From Dehalococcoidia bacterium (GTDB lineage: Bacteria; Chloroflexota; Dehalococcoidia; Plut-88900), in contig CBDFLQ010000007.1 in NCBI GenBank assembly GCA_965249275.1, positions 352,001-416,000 of the forward strand: DNA of 64,000 nucleotides. The letters run 5' to 3'. Both the position numbers and the translations under genes were made by a program. The notes beneath the pieces were generated by a model, which had not been told where the DNA came from, ran no database searches, and saw only the letters and a program-made list of their open reading frames with translations. This document shows, in pieces, positions 37,756 to 47,183 of this stretch. The first letter of the stretch is position 1. Each line of letters begins with the position of its first letter.

Positions 37756-38289
37756 ATGACCACATTTGTACCTAAAAAGAGCGTCTTGGGGGTCTTCCCC
37801 AACGCCGACACCGCGGCGGATGCTGTGGAGGGACTCCAGTCGAATAAGTTCGACGACAAGGAGTTCGAGATAATGTCGGGCACCCCGTATCCCGAGGGCG
37901 CCTTCGGTGAGAAGAAGTCGTCCCACCGGCTGTACGTCTTCCCCTTCATCGGGGCGGCCATCGGCTTTACGGTGGCCATACTGCTTACCACCGCCACGCA
38001 GGTCTCCTACCCTCTCGTCACAGGTGGTAAGCCAATCCTCTCCATCCCTCCCATGGCAATCATCACCTACGAAGGGACAATGCTCGGGGCCATCATCTTC
38101 ACGGTTCTCGGCATCGTCTTCGAGTCCCGCCTGCCGAGAAGTAAGCTGGGCCTCTATGACGAGCGCATTATGGAAGGCCACGTCGGAGTCCTGGTAACCG
38201 CCCCCGAGGACCGGATCCCCGTGGCACAGAACGTGCTGAAGGAGGCAGGCGCAGAAACCATCAAGGAAGGCGAACCCGTCGGGGTCTGA
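37756..38289 (+). CDS. actD: ACIII ActD (DUF3341)
   Basis: TPYP, 2 TM segments, YPLVTGGKP..SIPP..IITYE. Confidence 0.85.
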   Translation: MTTFVPKKSVLGVFPNADTAADAVEGLQSNKFDDKEFEIMSGTPYPEGAFGEKKSSHRLYVFPFIGAAIGFTVAILLTTATQVSYPLVTGGKPILSIPPMAIITYEGTMLGAIIFTVLGIVFESRLPRSKLGLYDERIMEGHVGVLVTAPEDRIPVAQNVLKEAGAETIKEGEPVGV

Positions 38290-38310
38290 CGAAGGGTAAC
38301 CAGGAGCGTT

Positions 38311-39351
38311 ATGGAGTTTCACATCGGTATGGGGCGTAGCGAAACGATCCACGAGATCGGCCCATTGGCGCGCATCGCTGAGGACGCTGGATTCACTCAT
38401 ATCAACTTTCCAGATCAGCCACCACTCAACCGAGATGTGTTTCTGAACATGGCTATGGCAGCCCAAAGCACTACCAGGATATCGATGGGTCCAGGCATCG
38501 TTACCCCATATACCTATCATCCAGCTGTGATCGCCAATGCCACCGCAACCGTAGACGAGTTGTCGGGGGGGCGGGCGTTTGTCGGCATAGGTGCGGGGGG
38601 CAGCGCGGTAATGAGCATGGGCCTCAAACCGCGGCCCATGAGCGAGCTGCGCGAGGCGGCCCGGTTCATCAAGAATTTCATGTCCGGCAAGGAAGCGGAA
38701 TTCAAGGGCGGAAAGACCCACTCAGAATGGATCAAGCGTCCTGTCCCAATGTACATTGCGATCGACGGACCCCGAGGCCACGAGATCGCCGGTGAATTCG
38801 CCGATGGCGCATACGTCCAAAGCGTTCACCCCGACGTGTTCGAATGGAGAAAATCCCTAATTGAGCGGTCAGCCGTAAAGGCAGGCCGGGATCCCTCTAG
38901 AATCAAAATCATACCCTCGACCATCGTCTACATCACAGACAATCGCGAAAGTGCCCGCCGGGAGGTAGCCCCACAAGTTGCTTCCAAGCTCAGACGGGCC
39001 TTCCCCATGTGGAGAAGCAGTCACCCCGACATGGTGGCCCTGCGGGAGCAACTTGAAAAAAACGACCCCGGGCTTGTGGATGAGATAATCCAGGTCGGAG
39101 ACCGTATTAACGAAGTTTTTGACGAGCACCAGCACGAGAAAATCGACTCACCCCAGGCCGAGCCGGTGACTTGGAGGCTGATTGACTACTATATGCTCGT
39201 CGGGAGTGAGGACGAGGTCTGTGAACGGATACAGGACCTTAGGAATCGGGGGCTGGCCGGACTTATGCCCCTTATCTACACCATACAGGACAAGCAAACG
39301 ATGATGCAGGAGATCGGCGCCCGGATCATCTCTCGATTCGGAAACAACTAA
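38311..39351 (+). CDS. LLM-class (Mer-like, possibly F420-dependent) oxidoreductase
   Basis: AEDAGF, TTRISMGPGIVTPYTYHPAVIANATATVDELSGGRAFVGIGAG, GPR..EIAGEFADG. Confidence 0.9.
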   Translation: MEFHIGMGRSETIHEIGPLARIAEDAGFTHINFPDQPPLNRDVFLNMAMAAQSTTRISMGPGIVTPYTYHPAVIANATATVDELSGGRAFVGIGAGGSAVMSMGLKPRPMSELREAARFIKNFMSGKEAEFKGGKTHSEWIKRPVPMYIAIDGPRGHEIAGEFADGAYVQSVHPDVFEWRKSLIERSAVKAGRDPSRIKIIPSTIVYITDNRESARREVAPQVASKLRRAFPMWRSSHPDMVALREQLEKNDPGLVDEIIQVGDRINEVFDEHQHEKIDSPQAEPVTWRLIDYYMLVGSEDEVCERIQDLRNRGLAGLMPLIYTIQDKQTMMQEIGARIISRFGNN

Positions 39352-39353
39352 GC

Positions 39354-39926
39354 ATGAGAGCGTTAGCCGCAATAAGAAAATCGGGCTTCAAGTGGCCCCT
39401 GCTATTGGTCGTACTCGGGACCATTGCCCTCGCCTGCTCTACGGGCAGCTACCCCGTGGACATTTTCACGGAGATGCACTACCAGCAGTCCTACCGCTCC
39501 CAGGAACCTCCGCGGCTCTTGACTGCCGAGGGCGCAGTCCCCTTCACCGATGAATCGATGGCCCTTCGCCCCGCCGAGCCTGCATCCCAAGGTGAAGCCC
39601 TGATTCCAAACCCGATTGAAGCGTCTGCTGATAATCTGGTCCGCGCCCAGCAGGTATTTACCCGCAACTGCTCCATGTGCCACGGGGTCTCCGGCGCGAG
39701 CGACAGTTTCATATCCGTAACCTTCACCTCCATGGGCATCAAGCCGCCTGCCAACTTCGCAGAGGCCGGATCCATAACGCCCGATGGCAGTTCCGATGGT
39801 CTGGCTTTCTGGATAATCACGGACGGGCTCGGAAACATGCCTTCCTTCCGTCACCTCCTCTCCTATGAGGACCGGTGGGGAGTCATTCACTACCTGCGTC
39901 TCCTCTCCCAACAGGCCGGACAGTAG
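39354..39926 (+). CDS. actE: ACIII monohaem cytochrome c lipoprotein
   Basis: Lipobox IALAC, EMHYQ.S..SQE, NP, CSMCH, DG..FWIITDG.GNMPSF, RW. Confidence 0.85.
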   Translation: MRALAAIRKSGFKWPLLLVVLGTIALACSTGSYPVDIFTEMHYQQSYRSQEPPRLLTAEGAVPFTDESMALRPAEPASQGEALIPNPIEASADNLVRAQQVFTRNCSMCHGVSGASDSFISVTFTSMGIKPPANFAEAGSITPDGSSDGLAFWIITDGLGNMPSFRHLLSYEDRWGVIHYLRLLSQQAGQ

Positions 39927-39931
39927 CCCCC

Positions 39932-40513
39932 ATGTCCCGCTTCCAGGGAACGCACACCGGCGGCGTCCGGTTCCCGACCACTTTTAACGCCGCCCTCAGG
40001 ATAACCCCGTTCTTAACGGCCATCTTGGCCATCCTAATTGTTCTGTCCGCAGCCGCTTGTGCCACGGAGCCCCCAACCCTGGAAGAGCGCGCCCAATCTA
40101 TTGACCAACATCTCATGTGCCCCGTTTGTCCCGCGGAGACCATCGACCAGTCCCAGGCAGACGTCGCCATACAGATGCGCGAGCTGGTCCGCGAGAAACT
40201 GCGAGCCGGGGAATCCGAAGACCAGATATTCAATTTCTTCGTCGACCGTTATGACAAGGGAGTCCTTGCCGAGCCTCCCGCAGAAGGTTTTAATATCCTC
40301 GTTTGGGTTATCCCACCCGTAGCCTTCCTTTTAGGTCTAGCTCTCATATGGCTCGGGTTCCGACAATTGACTCGCTCCCCGCGTCTCTATACGCCGAGTT
40401 CCAGCAATGACTGGCAAGCCGATTCTGCAAGTTATCTGAGGGAGATCGACGAAGAGTTCGAAGCCTTCCGGCGCACCGCAAACCCTGGCACAGCTCCCGG
40501 ACACAATCTGTAA
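39932..40513 (+). CDS. ccmH: Cytochrome c biogenesis protein CcmH
   Basis: LMCPVC..ETIDQS, A.QMR, FVDRY..VL..PP, C-terminal TM. Confidence 0.88.
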   Translation: MSRFQGTHTGGVRFPTTFNAALRITPFLTAILAILIVLSAAACATEPPTLEERAQSIDQHLMCPVCPAETIDQSQADVAIQMRELVREKLRAGESEDQIFNFFVDRYDKGVLAEPPAEGFNILVWVIPPVAFLLGLALIWLGFRQLTRSPRLYTPSSSNDWQADSASYLREIDEEFEAFRRTANPGTAPGHNL

Positions 40514-40528
40514 AAGGGAGGTTTAACC

Positions 40529-42529
40529 TTGGCCGAGCTAGGAACCCTATCCCTCTTTTTCGCCCTCATACTAGCCCTCTACGCTTGCGTAGGATCAGTC
40601 TTTGGCGTCCGGAGAAGCCTCCCTGAACTGGTTACCAGCGCCCGATACAGCGCCTATCTAACACCTCTTCCCGTGGCTATATCCGTACTTGCCTTGGTGG
40701 GCGCATTCTTGTCTCGGGACTTCGATGTCAAGTACGTAGCCGAGCACAGCAACGCGGCTATGTCCCGCGCCTACGCCTGGGTCGCCTTTTACTCCGGCAA
40801 TGAGGGGTCAATCCTATTTCTCGCTGCAGCCCTCTCCATCGTTGCCGCTATCGCCCTTGCCTTGGCCCCGAGGCTCCACCAAGCCAGTCTCGCCTACACC
40901 TGCGCAATTATCACGGGAGTCCTCGCCTTCTTCCTGGCCGTGCTCGTCTTCCTCGCGAATCCTTTCGAGACTACCGCCGTCGCCGTCCCCGACGGACGGG
41001 GTATGAACCCCCTTCTCACCCATCCGGGCATGTTCGTCCATCCCCCTATGTTGATGACCGGCCTAGTAACTGTCTCCATACCCTTCGCTTTCGCAATAGG
41101 TTCCTTGCTGGCAGGTAGGACCGGAGACGAGTGGGTCGATACCGGCAGGACGTGGGCCCTCGTCTCCTGGGGCATCCTCGGCGCTGGCCTGCTGCTCGGC
41201 GGCTGGTGGGCATACACGATACTGGGGTGGGGTGGATTCTGGGCATGGGACCCGGTGGAGAACGCCGGCTTTATGCCGTGGCTCGTACTGACCGCCTTTG
41301 TGCATTCGATAATGGTGCAGAAGAGGCGGGGCATGTTCAGGGTGTGGAATATTGCCTTGATCAACGTGGCCTTCACATCCTCACTCCTTGGTATGTTCAT
41401 CAACCGTGGTGGCCCGACGCCCTCCGTCCACTCCTTCGCCGAATCTGTCCTCGGATGGGTGTTCCTCGGGTTCATGGTTGTTACCGCACTATTCTCCTTC
41501 GGTGTACTGTTCCGCCGCATGTCGCTCCTACGCAACGCACAGCAACTGGAATCCAAGCTTTCCAGGGAGACTGCGTTCCTGGTCAACAATCTGCTCTTCC
41601 TAGCTATCGCCTTCGTTATCATCTGGGGGCAGGTCTTTCCCGTTATCTCGGACACGGTGACCGGTGTATCCATCACCGTCGGGGAGCCTTTCTACAACCG
41701 GGTCAACGGGCCCCTGCTCCTGGCAGTTGTGTTCCTCATGGGTATCGGGCCACTCATACCCTGGCGCCGGGGATCATTGACCCAGCTCCGTACAGCTCTG
41801 TTAATCCCCTTCGCCACCGCCCTTGCCGTTGACCTCATCCTCATCGGGTTCGGTATTACCAAGCCGTTCCCCCTCCTTGCTGTTGGGCTTTCGGTCGCGG
41901 TTGCGGTGGGAATCTTCAGAGAGTGGTACCGTGGAACCAGGGCCCGACACCGCGGTGGCGAATCCTATCCTGTGGCCTTCCTCCGCCTTATATCGGCAAA
42001 CCGACCCCGCTATGGAGGCTATGTTGTCCACCTCGCCATCGTGATGATGGCCCTCGCAATAGTCGGCACCTATTTCTTTGATACACAGAAGGACGTCCGA
42101 CTGGCCGAAGGTCAAAGCGCTGAGGCCGCCGGATACACGATCACATATCTCGAAACCGAGCAGAGGGACTTCCCAGACCACACCGAACGCATAGCAAGCG
42201 TGGAAATCTCGAACGAAGACGGTGAGTCACTAGGAATCTTCAAGCCCGAGCAGTCCTTCTATCCGGCTTTCAGCCTGAGGCCCGCCCGCGCCGCAATCCG
42301 CTCCACCCCTCTGGAGGATGTCTACATCATTCCCAACGATTTCTTCCCCGACGGTACGGTCGGATTCCGAATATTGGTTAACCCTCTTGTCATGTGGATG
42401 TGGGTAGCCGGACCTGTAATGGTGCTCGGCACCCTCATTGCTCTCTGGCCGGGAAGGCGCGCAAGTCGGGCCCCGGCGCCTGTTCCGACGCCATCCATTA
42501 ACCCGGCGTACGCGTCGGCATCGAAGTGA
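40529..42529 (+). CDS. ccmF: Cytochrome c haem lyase CcmF
   Basis: GMNPLL.HP.M..HPP, WAY..LGWGGFWAWDPVENA, SVHSF, SRE, HL. Confidence 0.96.
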   Translation: MAELGTLSLFFALILALYACVGSVFGVRRSLPELVTSARYSAYLTPLPVAISVLALVGAFLSRDFDVKYVAEHSNAAMSRAYAWVAFYSGNEGSILFLAAALSIVAAIALALAPRLHQASLAYTCAIITGVLAFFLAVLVFLANPFETTAVAVPDGRGMNPLLTHPGMFVHPPMLMTGLVTVSIPFAFAIGSLLAGRTGDEWVDTGRTWALVSWGILGAGLLLGGWWAYTILGWGGFWAWDPVENAGFMPWLVLTAFVHSIMVQKRRGMFRVWNIALINVAFTSSLLGMFINRGGPTPSVHSFAESVLGWVFLGFMVVTALFSFGVLFRRMSLLRNAQQLESKLSRETAFLVNNLLFLAIAFVIIWGQVFPVISDTVTGVSITVGEPFYNRVNGPLLLAVVFLMGIGPLIPWRRGSLTQLRTALLIPFATALAVDLILIGFGITKPFPLLAVGLSVAVAVGIFREWYRGTRARHRGGESYPVAFLRLISANRPRYGGYVVHLAIVMMALAIVGTYFFDTQKDVRLAEGQSAEAAGYTITYLETEQRDFPDHTERIASVEISNEDGESLGIFKPEQSFYPAFSLRPARAAIRSTPLEDVYIIPNDFFPDGTVGFRILVNPLVMWMWVAGPVMVLGTLIALWPGRRASRAPAPVPTPSINPAYASASK

Positions 42530-42542
42530 GGAAGGCCGCCTC

Positions 42543-43016
42543 GTGGTCATAGCCATAGGCGTCCTTCTGGCCTTAGTGTGTCTGGCGGTAGCGGCTATTC
42601 CTTTTCTCAAGTACCGGCACTCTCGCCAAACTGTAGACCCTCTTCAGGTGATTTCCGAGCTTCAGAACCAGCGTCAACGCCTCTACAAGGAACTCCTCAC
42701 ATTGGAAGAAAATAGCAAAACGGGCGCCGTCCCCGAGCCCGAGTTCAACGCCGTTTCCCTGACTCTCCGCCGCCGCGCCGCAGAGAATCTCTGGATTCAA
42801 CGCCGTTGGGAGGAGCGATTGACCGACCTGGACCTGGCCATAGAGCAGTTGATCTCTTTGCAAAAGCAAGGCGTTTCTTCCTTGCAGGACGCTAAGCCCC
42901 CTGAGCAGGGCCATAATGCCAAACCATGTCCCGAATGCGGGGCCCATGTGCCCATGAACACCCCCATTTGCCCCAAGTGCGGCGCCCAGCCGGAGAAAGT
43001 GCAGTCGGCCCTCTAG
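42543..43016 (+). CDS. CcmI-like N-terminal protein with C-terminal zinc ribbon
   Basis: N-terminal TM, coiled coil, CPECG...CPKCG; GTG start after GAGGAAGG. Confidence 0.65.
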   Translation: MVIAIGVLLALVCLAVAAIPFLKYRHSRQTVDPLQVISELQNQRQRLYKELLTLEENSKTGAVPEPEFNAVSLTLRRRAAENLWIQRRWEERLTDLDLAIEQLISLQKQGVSSLQDAKPPEQGHNAKPCPECGAHVPMNTPICPKCGAQPEKVQSAL

Positions 43017-43033
43017 CGCCGGAAGTCATTGCG

Positions 43034-44248
43034 ATGCCCAGATATATTAAAATTCTGTTTGTAGCCTTCGCCCTGATCCTGGCGATGCTCGCAATTGCTG
43101 TAGTTCCCGCCGCGGCTGATGAACACTTCATCAGCGGTCGGGTAGTCAACCAGACTCCCGGCGCCGAGCCTCCCTCAGGCCTCCAGGTAGTCCTCACGAT
43201 CTTCGAAGAAGGGACACCCATAGAACAACTCACGGCGACAACCGATGCAGATGGCGCATTCGCTTTCGAGGACATCCCTCGGGTCCTGGGTCTCCGCTAC
43301 CTTCTGCAGCTTCAGTACGATGGAGGCCAATATCAGACCGAGCTAGACCCTGCCTCATCGGAGCCCGTACAGATTGTCGTCTACGACTCCACGTCCGACC
43401 TCGCTTCCCTCTCCGTGCTCGACGATACCATCATGGTGACCCGGGAGCCGGGGCAGTACGAGCAGTTAACCGTCCGGCAGGTTGTCCGAGTCCGAAACGA
43501 GACCCTACAAACCTTCGTACCTTCCTTCGGGGATCCCGGTGCCGGCATGATGAACTTCCTCCGAGTCTCCATGCCCGCCGGTTTCTCCGAGATGACCATC
43601 AGGAGCGACCTCCAGGGTGGTCAGGTGATACCCGTAGACCGGGGTGTGGGCATCACCACCGCCGTTCCTCCCGGCATTCACGCCATAGTATTCTCCTACG
43701 CCGCCCCCTATGACCGGTCCGACCTCATTTTCGAACCCCTCTATCCGCAGGGCGCAGACATGGTGCGTGTCCTGGTGCGAGAGGACGTAGGTCTGCTAAT
43801 CGGCGTCGACCTCCGAGAAGAAGCCCCCGTCACCGTCTCCGGCAGCAGCTTCAGGGTCTACAGCATCGGGCCCGTCCCCATTGGCAACCGAGTCACCCTC
43901 GGATTCACCGATCTTCCCCAGGCCCCCTGGACCACCACCATCGCCGATGCCTTCACGACCCAGTGGAAAATTACAGCCATCATACCCGGCGTTACCGCGT
44001 TGATTTTCCTGGTACTTCTCGGTTACGCCTGGAGGCTCCAGAAGCGAGACCCGCGTCCCGTGGACGCCGCCATTCTTACCGCCAACATACAAAGCCAGCC
44101 CGACCAGATGGAGCTTGTCCGACAAATCGCCGGACTGGACGAACGGCGTGACCTGGGAGAGACACAGGATCCCGGCTACGAGCAACGCAGGTCTCTCTTA
44201 AAACGTAGGCTTCTTTCCCGAGCGCTAAAGGACGCCTCCTCGGCCTGA
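43034..44248 (+). CDS. Secreted beta-sandwich protein with C-terminal membrane anchor (carboxypeptidase-regulatory-like domain)
   Basis: Signal peptide, ISGRVVNQT..TTDADGAFAF, C-terminal TM and L...IA.LD...G.....YE..R..LK tail. Confidence 0.65.
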   Translation: MPRYIKILFVAFALILAMLAIAVVPAAADEHFISGRVVNQTPGAEPPSGLQVVLTIFEEGTPIEQLTATTDADGAFAFEDIPRVLGLRYLLQLQYDGGQYQTELDPASSEPVQIVVYDSTSDLASLSVLDDTIMVTREPGQYEQLTVRQVVRVRNETLQTFVPSFGDPGAGMMNFLRVSMPAGFSEMTIRSDLQGGQVIPVDRGVGITTAVPPGIHAIVFSYAAPYDRSDLIFEPLYPQGADMVRVLVREDVGLLIGVDLREEAPVTVSGSSFRVYSIGPVPIGNRVTLGFTDLPQAPWTTTIADAFTTQWKITAIIPGVTALIFLVLLGYAWRLQKRDPRPVDAAILTANIQSQPDQMELVRQIAGLDERRDLGETQDPGYEQRRSLLKRRLLSRALKDASSA

Positions 44249-44294
44249 TTCTCCGGCACCCTAGACCCGTCCAGAACACGAAAGGTCATTCACA

Positions 44295-44813
44295 GTGTGG
44301 GACCTCTTCGACATCCTGACCCTCATAGTACGATCTGTCCACGCCGTTTCCTCTGTCTTGTGGATTGGCGGCAGTATCTTCTACCTCATTGTCCTCAGGC
44401 CCGCGCTCCGGGATGCAGAGAAATCGGGAGCCCCGCCAGGCAGGATAGTATCCCGTTTGGTCGCTCTCCATTTCAGGGAGTGGGTCCACGTATCGATGAT
44501 AGCGCTGCTGGTGAGCGGGGCCATTCTCACCTTCGACCGGCTCACCGAGCCCACGGTGTCGGCCCTCTACATCGGGGCCCTTGCAGCCAAGATCGGCATA
44601 GCATTCTGGCTCTTCGGCATCGGCACGGCCACCTACAGGAAGAAACTGATAGAACGGAAGCACGAGGCCGGTGACCCGGAGAAAGGGAAAAGAAACATCG
44701 CCTTCCGTTGGCTGCAACCTCTCGTTTCCCCATCGATGATCGTGTACGGGGGCCTCGTAGTCATCCTCCTCAGCGATTTGCTAAACGCCACCTTCATCAA
44801 GGGCATCTCCTGA
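44295..44813 (+). CDS. CopD-like membrane protein
   Basis: RSVHAVSSVLWIGG, L..K; 4 TM segments. Confidence 0.6.
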   Translation: MWDLFDILTLIVRSVHAVSSVLWIGGSIFYLIVLRPALRDAEKSGAPPGRIVSRLVALHFREWVHVSMIALLVSGAILTFDRLTEPTVSALYIGALAAKIGIAFWLFGIGTATYRKKLIERKHEAGDPEKGKRNIAFRWLQPLVSPSMIVYGGLVVILLSDLLNATFIKGIS

Positions 44814-44881
44814 CGCACCATCCCTGCCCTCGACCCCATTCCTTGAATCCCCGCGTCTTACCATCTATCATTTAGTAGTTA

Positions 44882-45619
44882 GTGACGCCCATCACAACCA
44901 TGAGTGCCAACGCGACACCACAATCCCCCGCCATCCAGACACGAGACCTCACCCGAAAATACGGTCGTGTCACCGCCATAAACAGTCTGGACATCACCAT
45001 TGAGGCGGGAGATAAGGTAGTTCTTGTAGGGCCGAATGGCTCCGGCAAGACGACGCTGATCAAGCTCCTTTCCACCCTCATCAAACCCACGTCCGGTGAC
45101 CTGTTCATCCACGGCTACGACGTCGCCAAGCACGACGCCGGTATCAGGTCCACAATTGGGGTCGTCCTCCACGAGCCCCTCCTTTATGGTCGGCTCACCG
45201 CCGCCGAAAACCTCCGCTTCTACGCAAGAATGTTCCACGTTCCTGATGCTGAACAGAGAATCGATGCCCTGGCCGAACAGCTCGACCTCACCGATCTCCT
45301 CAAGACCCGAGTCGACGTGCTATCCCACGGCCAGCGCAAGCGCGTCTCCATGCTCAGGGCCGTCCTCCACAACCCGGGAATCCTCCTCCTGGATGAGCCT
45401 GACTCAGGCCTTGACAGTGCCGCCCTCCAACGCCTCTTTGACTTCTGTAACAGCCAACCGCGCACCGTCATTATGTCGACACACAATATCGATAACGGCC
45501 TCCGAATAGCTGATCGAGCTCTCTTCCTGAAGAGAGGACGAGTAGTAATGGACTCCGGCGTGGAAGCGCTAGAGAAAGACGTTTTAGACACTCGATACCA
45601 GGCCCTGGCCGTCGGCTAA
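44882..45619 (+). CDS. ccmA: Haem ABC exporter ATPase CcmA
   Basis: GPNGSGKT, LTAAENL, LSHGQ, LLLDEP, H-loop; adjacent to ccmBC. Confidence 0.9.
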   Translation: MTPITTMSANATPQSPAIQTRDLTRKYGRVTAINSLDITIEAGDKVVLVGPNGSGKTTLIKLLSTLIKPTSGDLFIHGYDVAKHDAGIRSTIGVVLHEPLLYGRLTAAENLRFYARMFHVPDAEQRIDALAEQLDLTDLLKTRVDVLSHGQRKRVSMLRAVLHNPGILLLDEPDSGLDSAALQRLFDFCNSQPRTVIMSTHNIDNGLRIADRALFLKRGRVVMDSGVEALEKDVLDTRYQALAVG

Positions 45620-45629
45620 TCTGCGAATC

Positions 45630-46301
45630 ATGTCCTACTGGCAAGCCATAGCAGCAATAGTGAAGAAGGACCTCTTGGTCGAGGTGCGGGGCAAGGAGGT
45701 CGTCCTTGCCGTCAGTTTCTTCGTTCTGCTCATGGTCTTCACCTTCAACTTCGCCTTCAGGCCCGGGTCGGTGCCCACTGAAGTCATGACCCCCGGCGTC
45801 CTCTGGTTCACCTTCCTGTTCGCGGGCATGCTCAGCTTCCAGCGCGTCGTCAGCTCAGAGCAGGAGAACGGTTGCCTGGACGGCCTCATGCTATGCCCCT
45901 ACGGCCGGGACGTGATCTTCATCTCCAAGACCATAAGCAGCTTCCTATTCGTAATGATGGTCGAGTCCATAGCCATCCCCATTTTCGCAGTGGTCTTTAA
46001 CCTATCCAGCGTTCCCATTCAACTTATCCTGATAATCCCCGTGGCCACTCTCGGCATAGCGATAGTCGGCACTTTCCTCGCGGCCCTGTCCATGAACACC
46101 CGACTCCGAGAAGTGATGCTGCCCGTGCTGATGATTCCCCTGGTCGTGCCTGCGGTCATCGGCGCGGTGGAGTCCACCGGAGACGCCTTCGAAGGCGCAG
46201 GCTGGGCCGCCGTTCAGCCTTGGATTTACGTTCTTATCGTCTTCGACGTAGTATTCCTGGTAGTCGGCTTTCTTACATTCGAGCACGTGCTGGAAGAATA
46301 G
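45630..46301 (+). CDS. ccmB: CcmB
   Basis: KDL..E.R, PGVLW, E.ENG.LDGL, LPVLMIPL. Confidence 0.92.
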   Translation: MSYWQAIAAIVKKDLLVEVRGKEVVLAVSFFVLLMVFTFNFAFRPGSVPTEVMTPGVLWFTFLFAGMLSFQRVVSSEQENGCLDGLMLCPYGRDVIFISKTISSFLFVMMVESIAIPIFAVVFNLSSVPIQLILIIPVATLGIAIVGTFLAALSMNTRLREVMLPVLMIPLVVPAVIGAVESTGDAFEGAGWAAVQPWIYVLIVFDVVFLVVGFLTFEHVLEE

Positions 46302-46310
46302 GCATCACGT

Positions 46311-47012
46311 ATGGAACAAACTATAAATGCCCCCTCTCGCCGACGCAGATTCACTTGGATGGACGGTCTGTTCGCCCTGATCACCGTCCTTATGACCATA
46401 AATATCTACTTGATTTTCCTCTGGGTCCCGAAAGAGGCCGTTCAGGGCAACGTTCAGCGCCTCTTCTACTTCCATCTACCCGTGGCATGGATTGCCTATC
46501 TGGCCTTCTTCCTGGTGTTCATATTCAGCATCCTACACCTTCGGAAACGCAGTGCCCGGTGGGACAGGTGGGCCTATTCTTCCGCCGAGTTGGGAGTTGT
46601 ATTCACCTCCGCAACCATAGTTTCGGGCATAATCTGGGCCAAGCCGATCTTCGGCGTCTGGTGGACTTGGGACGCCCGGCTCACGACAACCGCTCTCCTA
46701 TGGCTCATATACGTCGGCTATCTCATGGTTGGAGCTTACTCAGAGTCCTCTGAGAGGTCCTCCCGACTGCGGGCCGTCGTAGGCATCATGGGATTCGTGG
46801 TAGTCCCGATTAACTATCTTTCCGTCTACCTCTGGGACACTGTGCACGTGGAGCCGATAATAGGCGGCGGTGAGGAGGCATTCCTTAGTTCCGAGATGTA
46901 TACCACGTTGATGTTCAGCCTCGTCACCTTCACCTTGCTGTTCTTTGTCCTGCTGAAAACTAGAGTAATGCTGAGAAAGAGCGAAGAGACCGCCGCCGGT
47001 CTCGACTCCTGA
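46311..47012 (+). CDS. ccmC: CcmC
   Basis: YFHLP.AW, WAKPIFGVWWTWDARLT, W.TVH. Confidence 0.93.
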   Translation: MEQTINAPSRRRRFTWMDGLFALITVLMTINIYLIFLWVPKEAVQGNVQRLFYFHLPVAWIAYLAFFLVFIFSILHLRKRSARWDRWAYSSAELGVVFTSATIVSGIIWAKPIFGVWWTWDARLTTTALLWLIYVGYLMVGAYSESSERSSRLRAVVGIMGFVVVPINYLSVYLWDTVHVEPIIGGGEEAFLSSEMYTTLMFSLVTFTLLFFVLLKTRVMLRKSEETAAGLDS

Positions 47013-47027
47013 TCCGAAAGAGACGTT

Positions 47028-47180
47028 ATGGAAGACAATTTCGGATATCTCGTCGCCGGTTTCGCAATAGGCTGGGGCATTTTCATGGGCTTGGCATACT
47101 GGATCTACAGGCGCGTTGCCCGCGTCGGCCAGGACATCGAAGAGATGAAACGGGCTCGCGTCCCCCGCAGCGACGATTAA
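47028..47180 (+). CDS. ccmD: CcmD (50 aa, absent from the ORF track)
   Basis: MEDNFGYLVAGFAIGWGIFMGLAYWIYRR...: single TM plus charged tail, between ccmC and ccmE. Confidence 0.8.
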   Translation: MEDNFGYLVAGFAIGWGIFMGLAYWIYRRVARVGQDIEEMKRARVPRSDD

Positions 47181-47183
47181 CCT

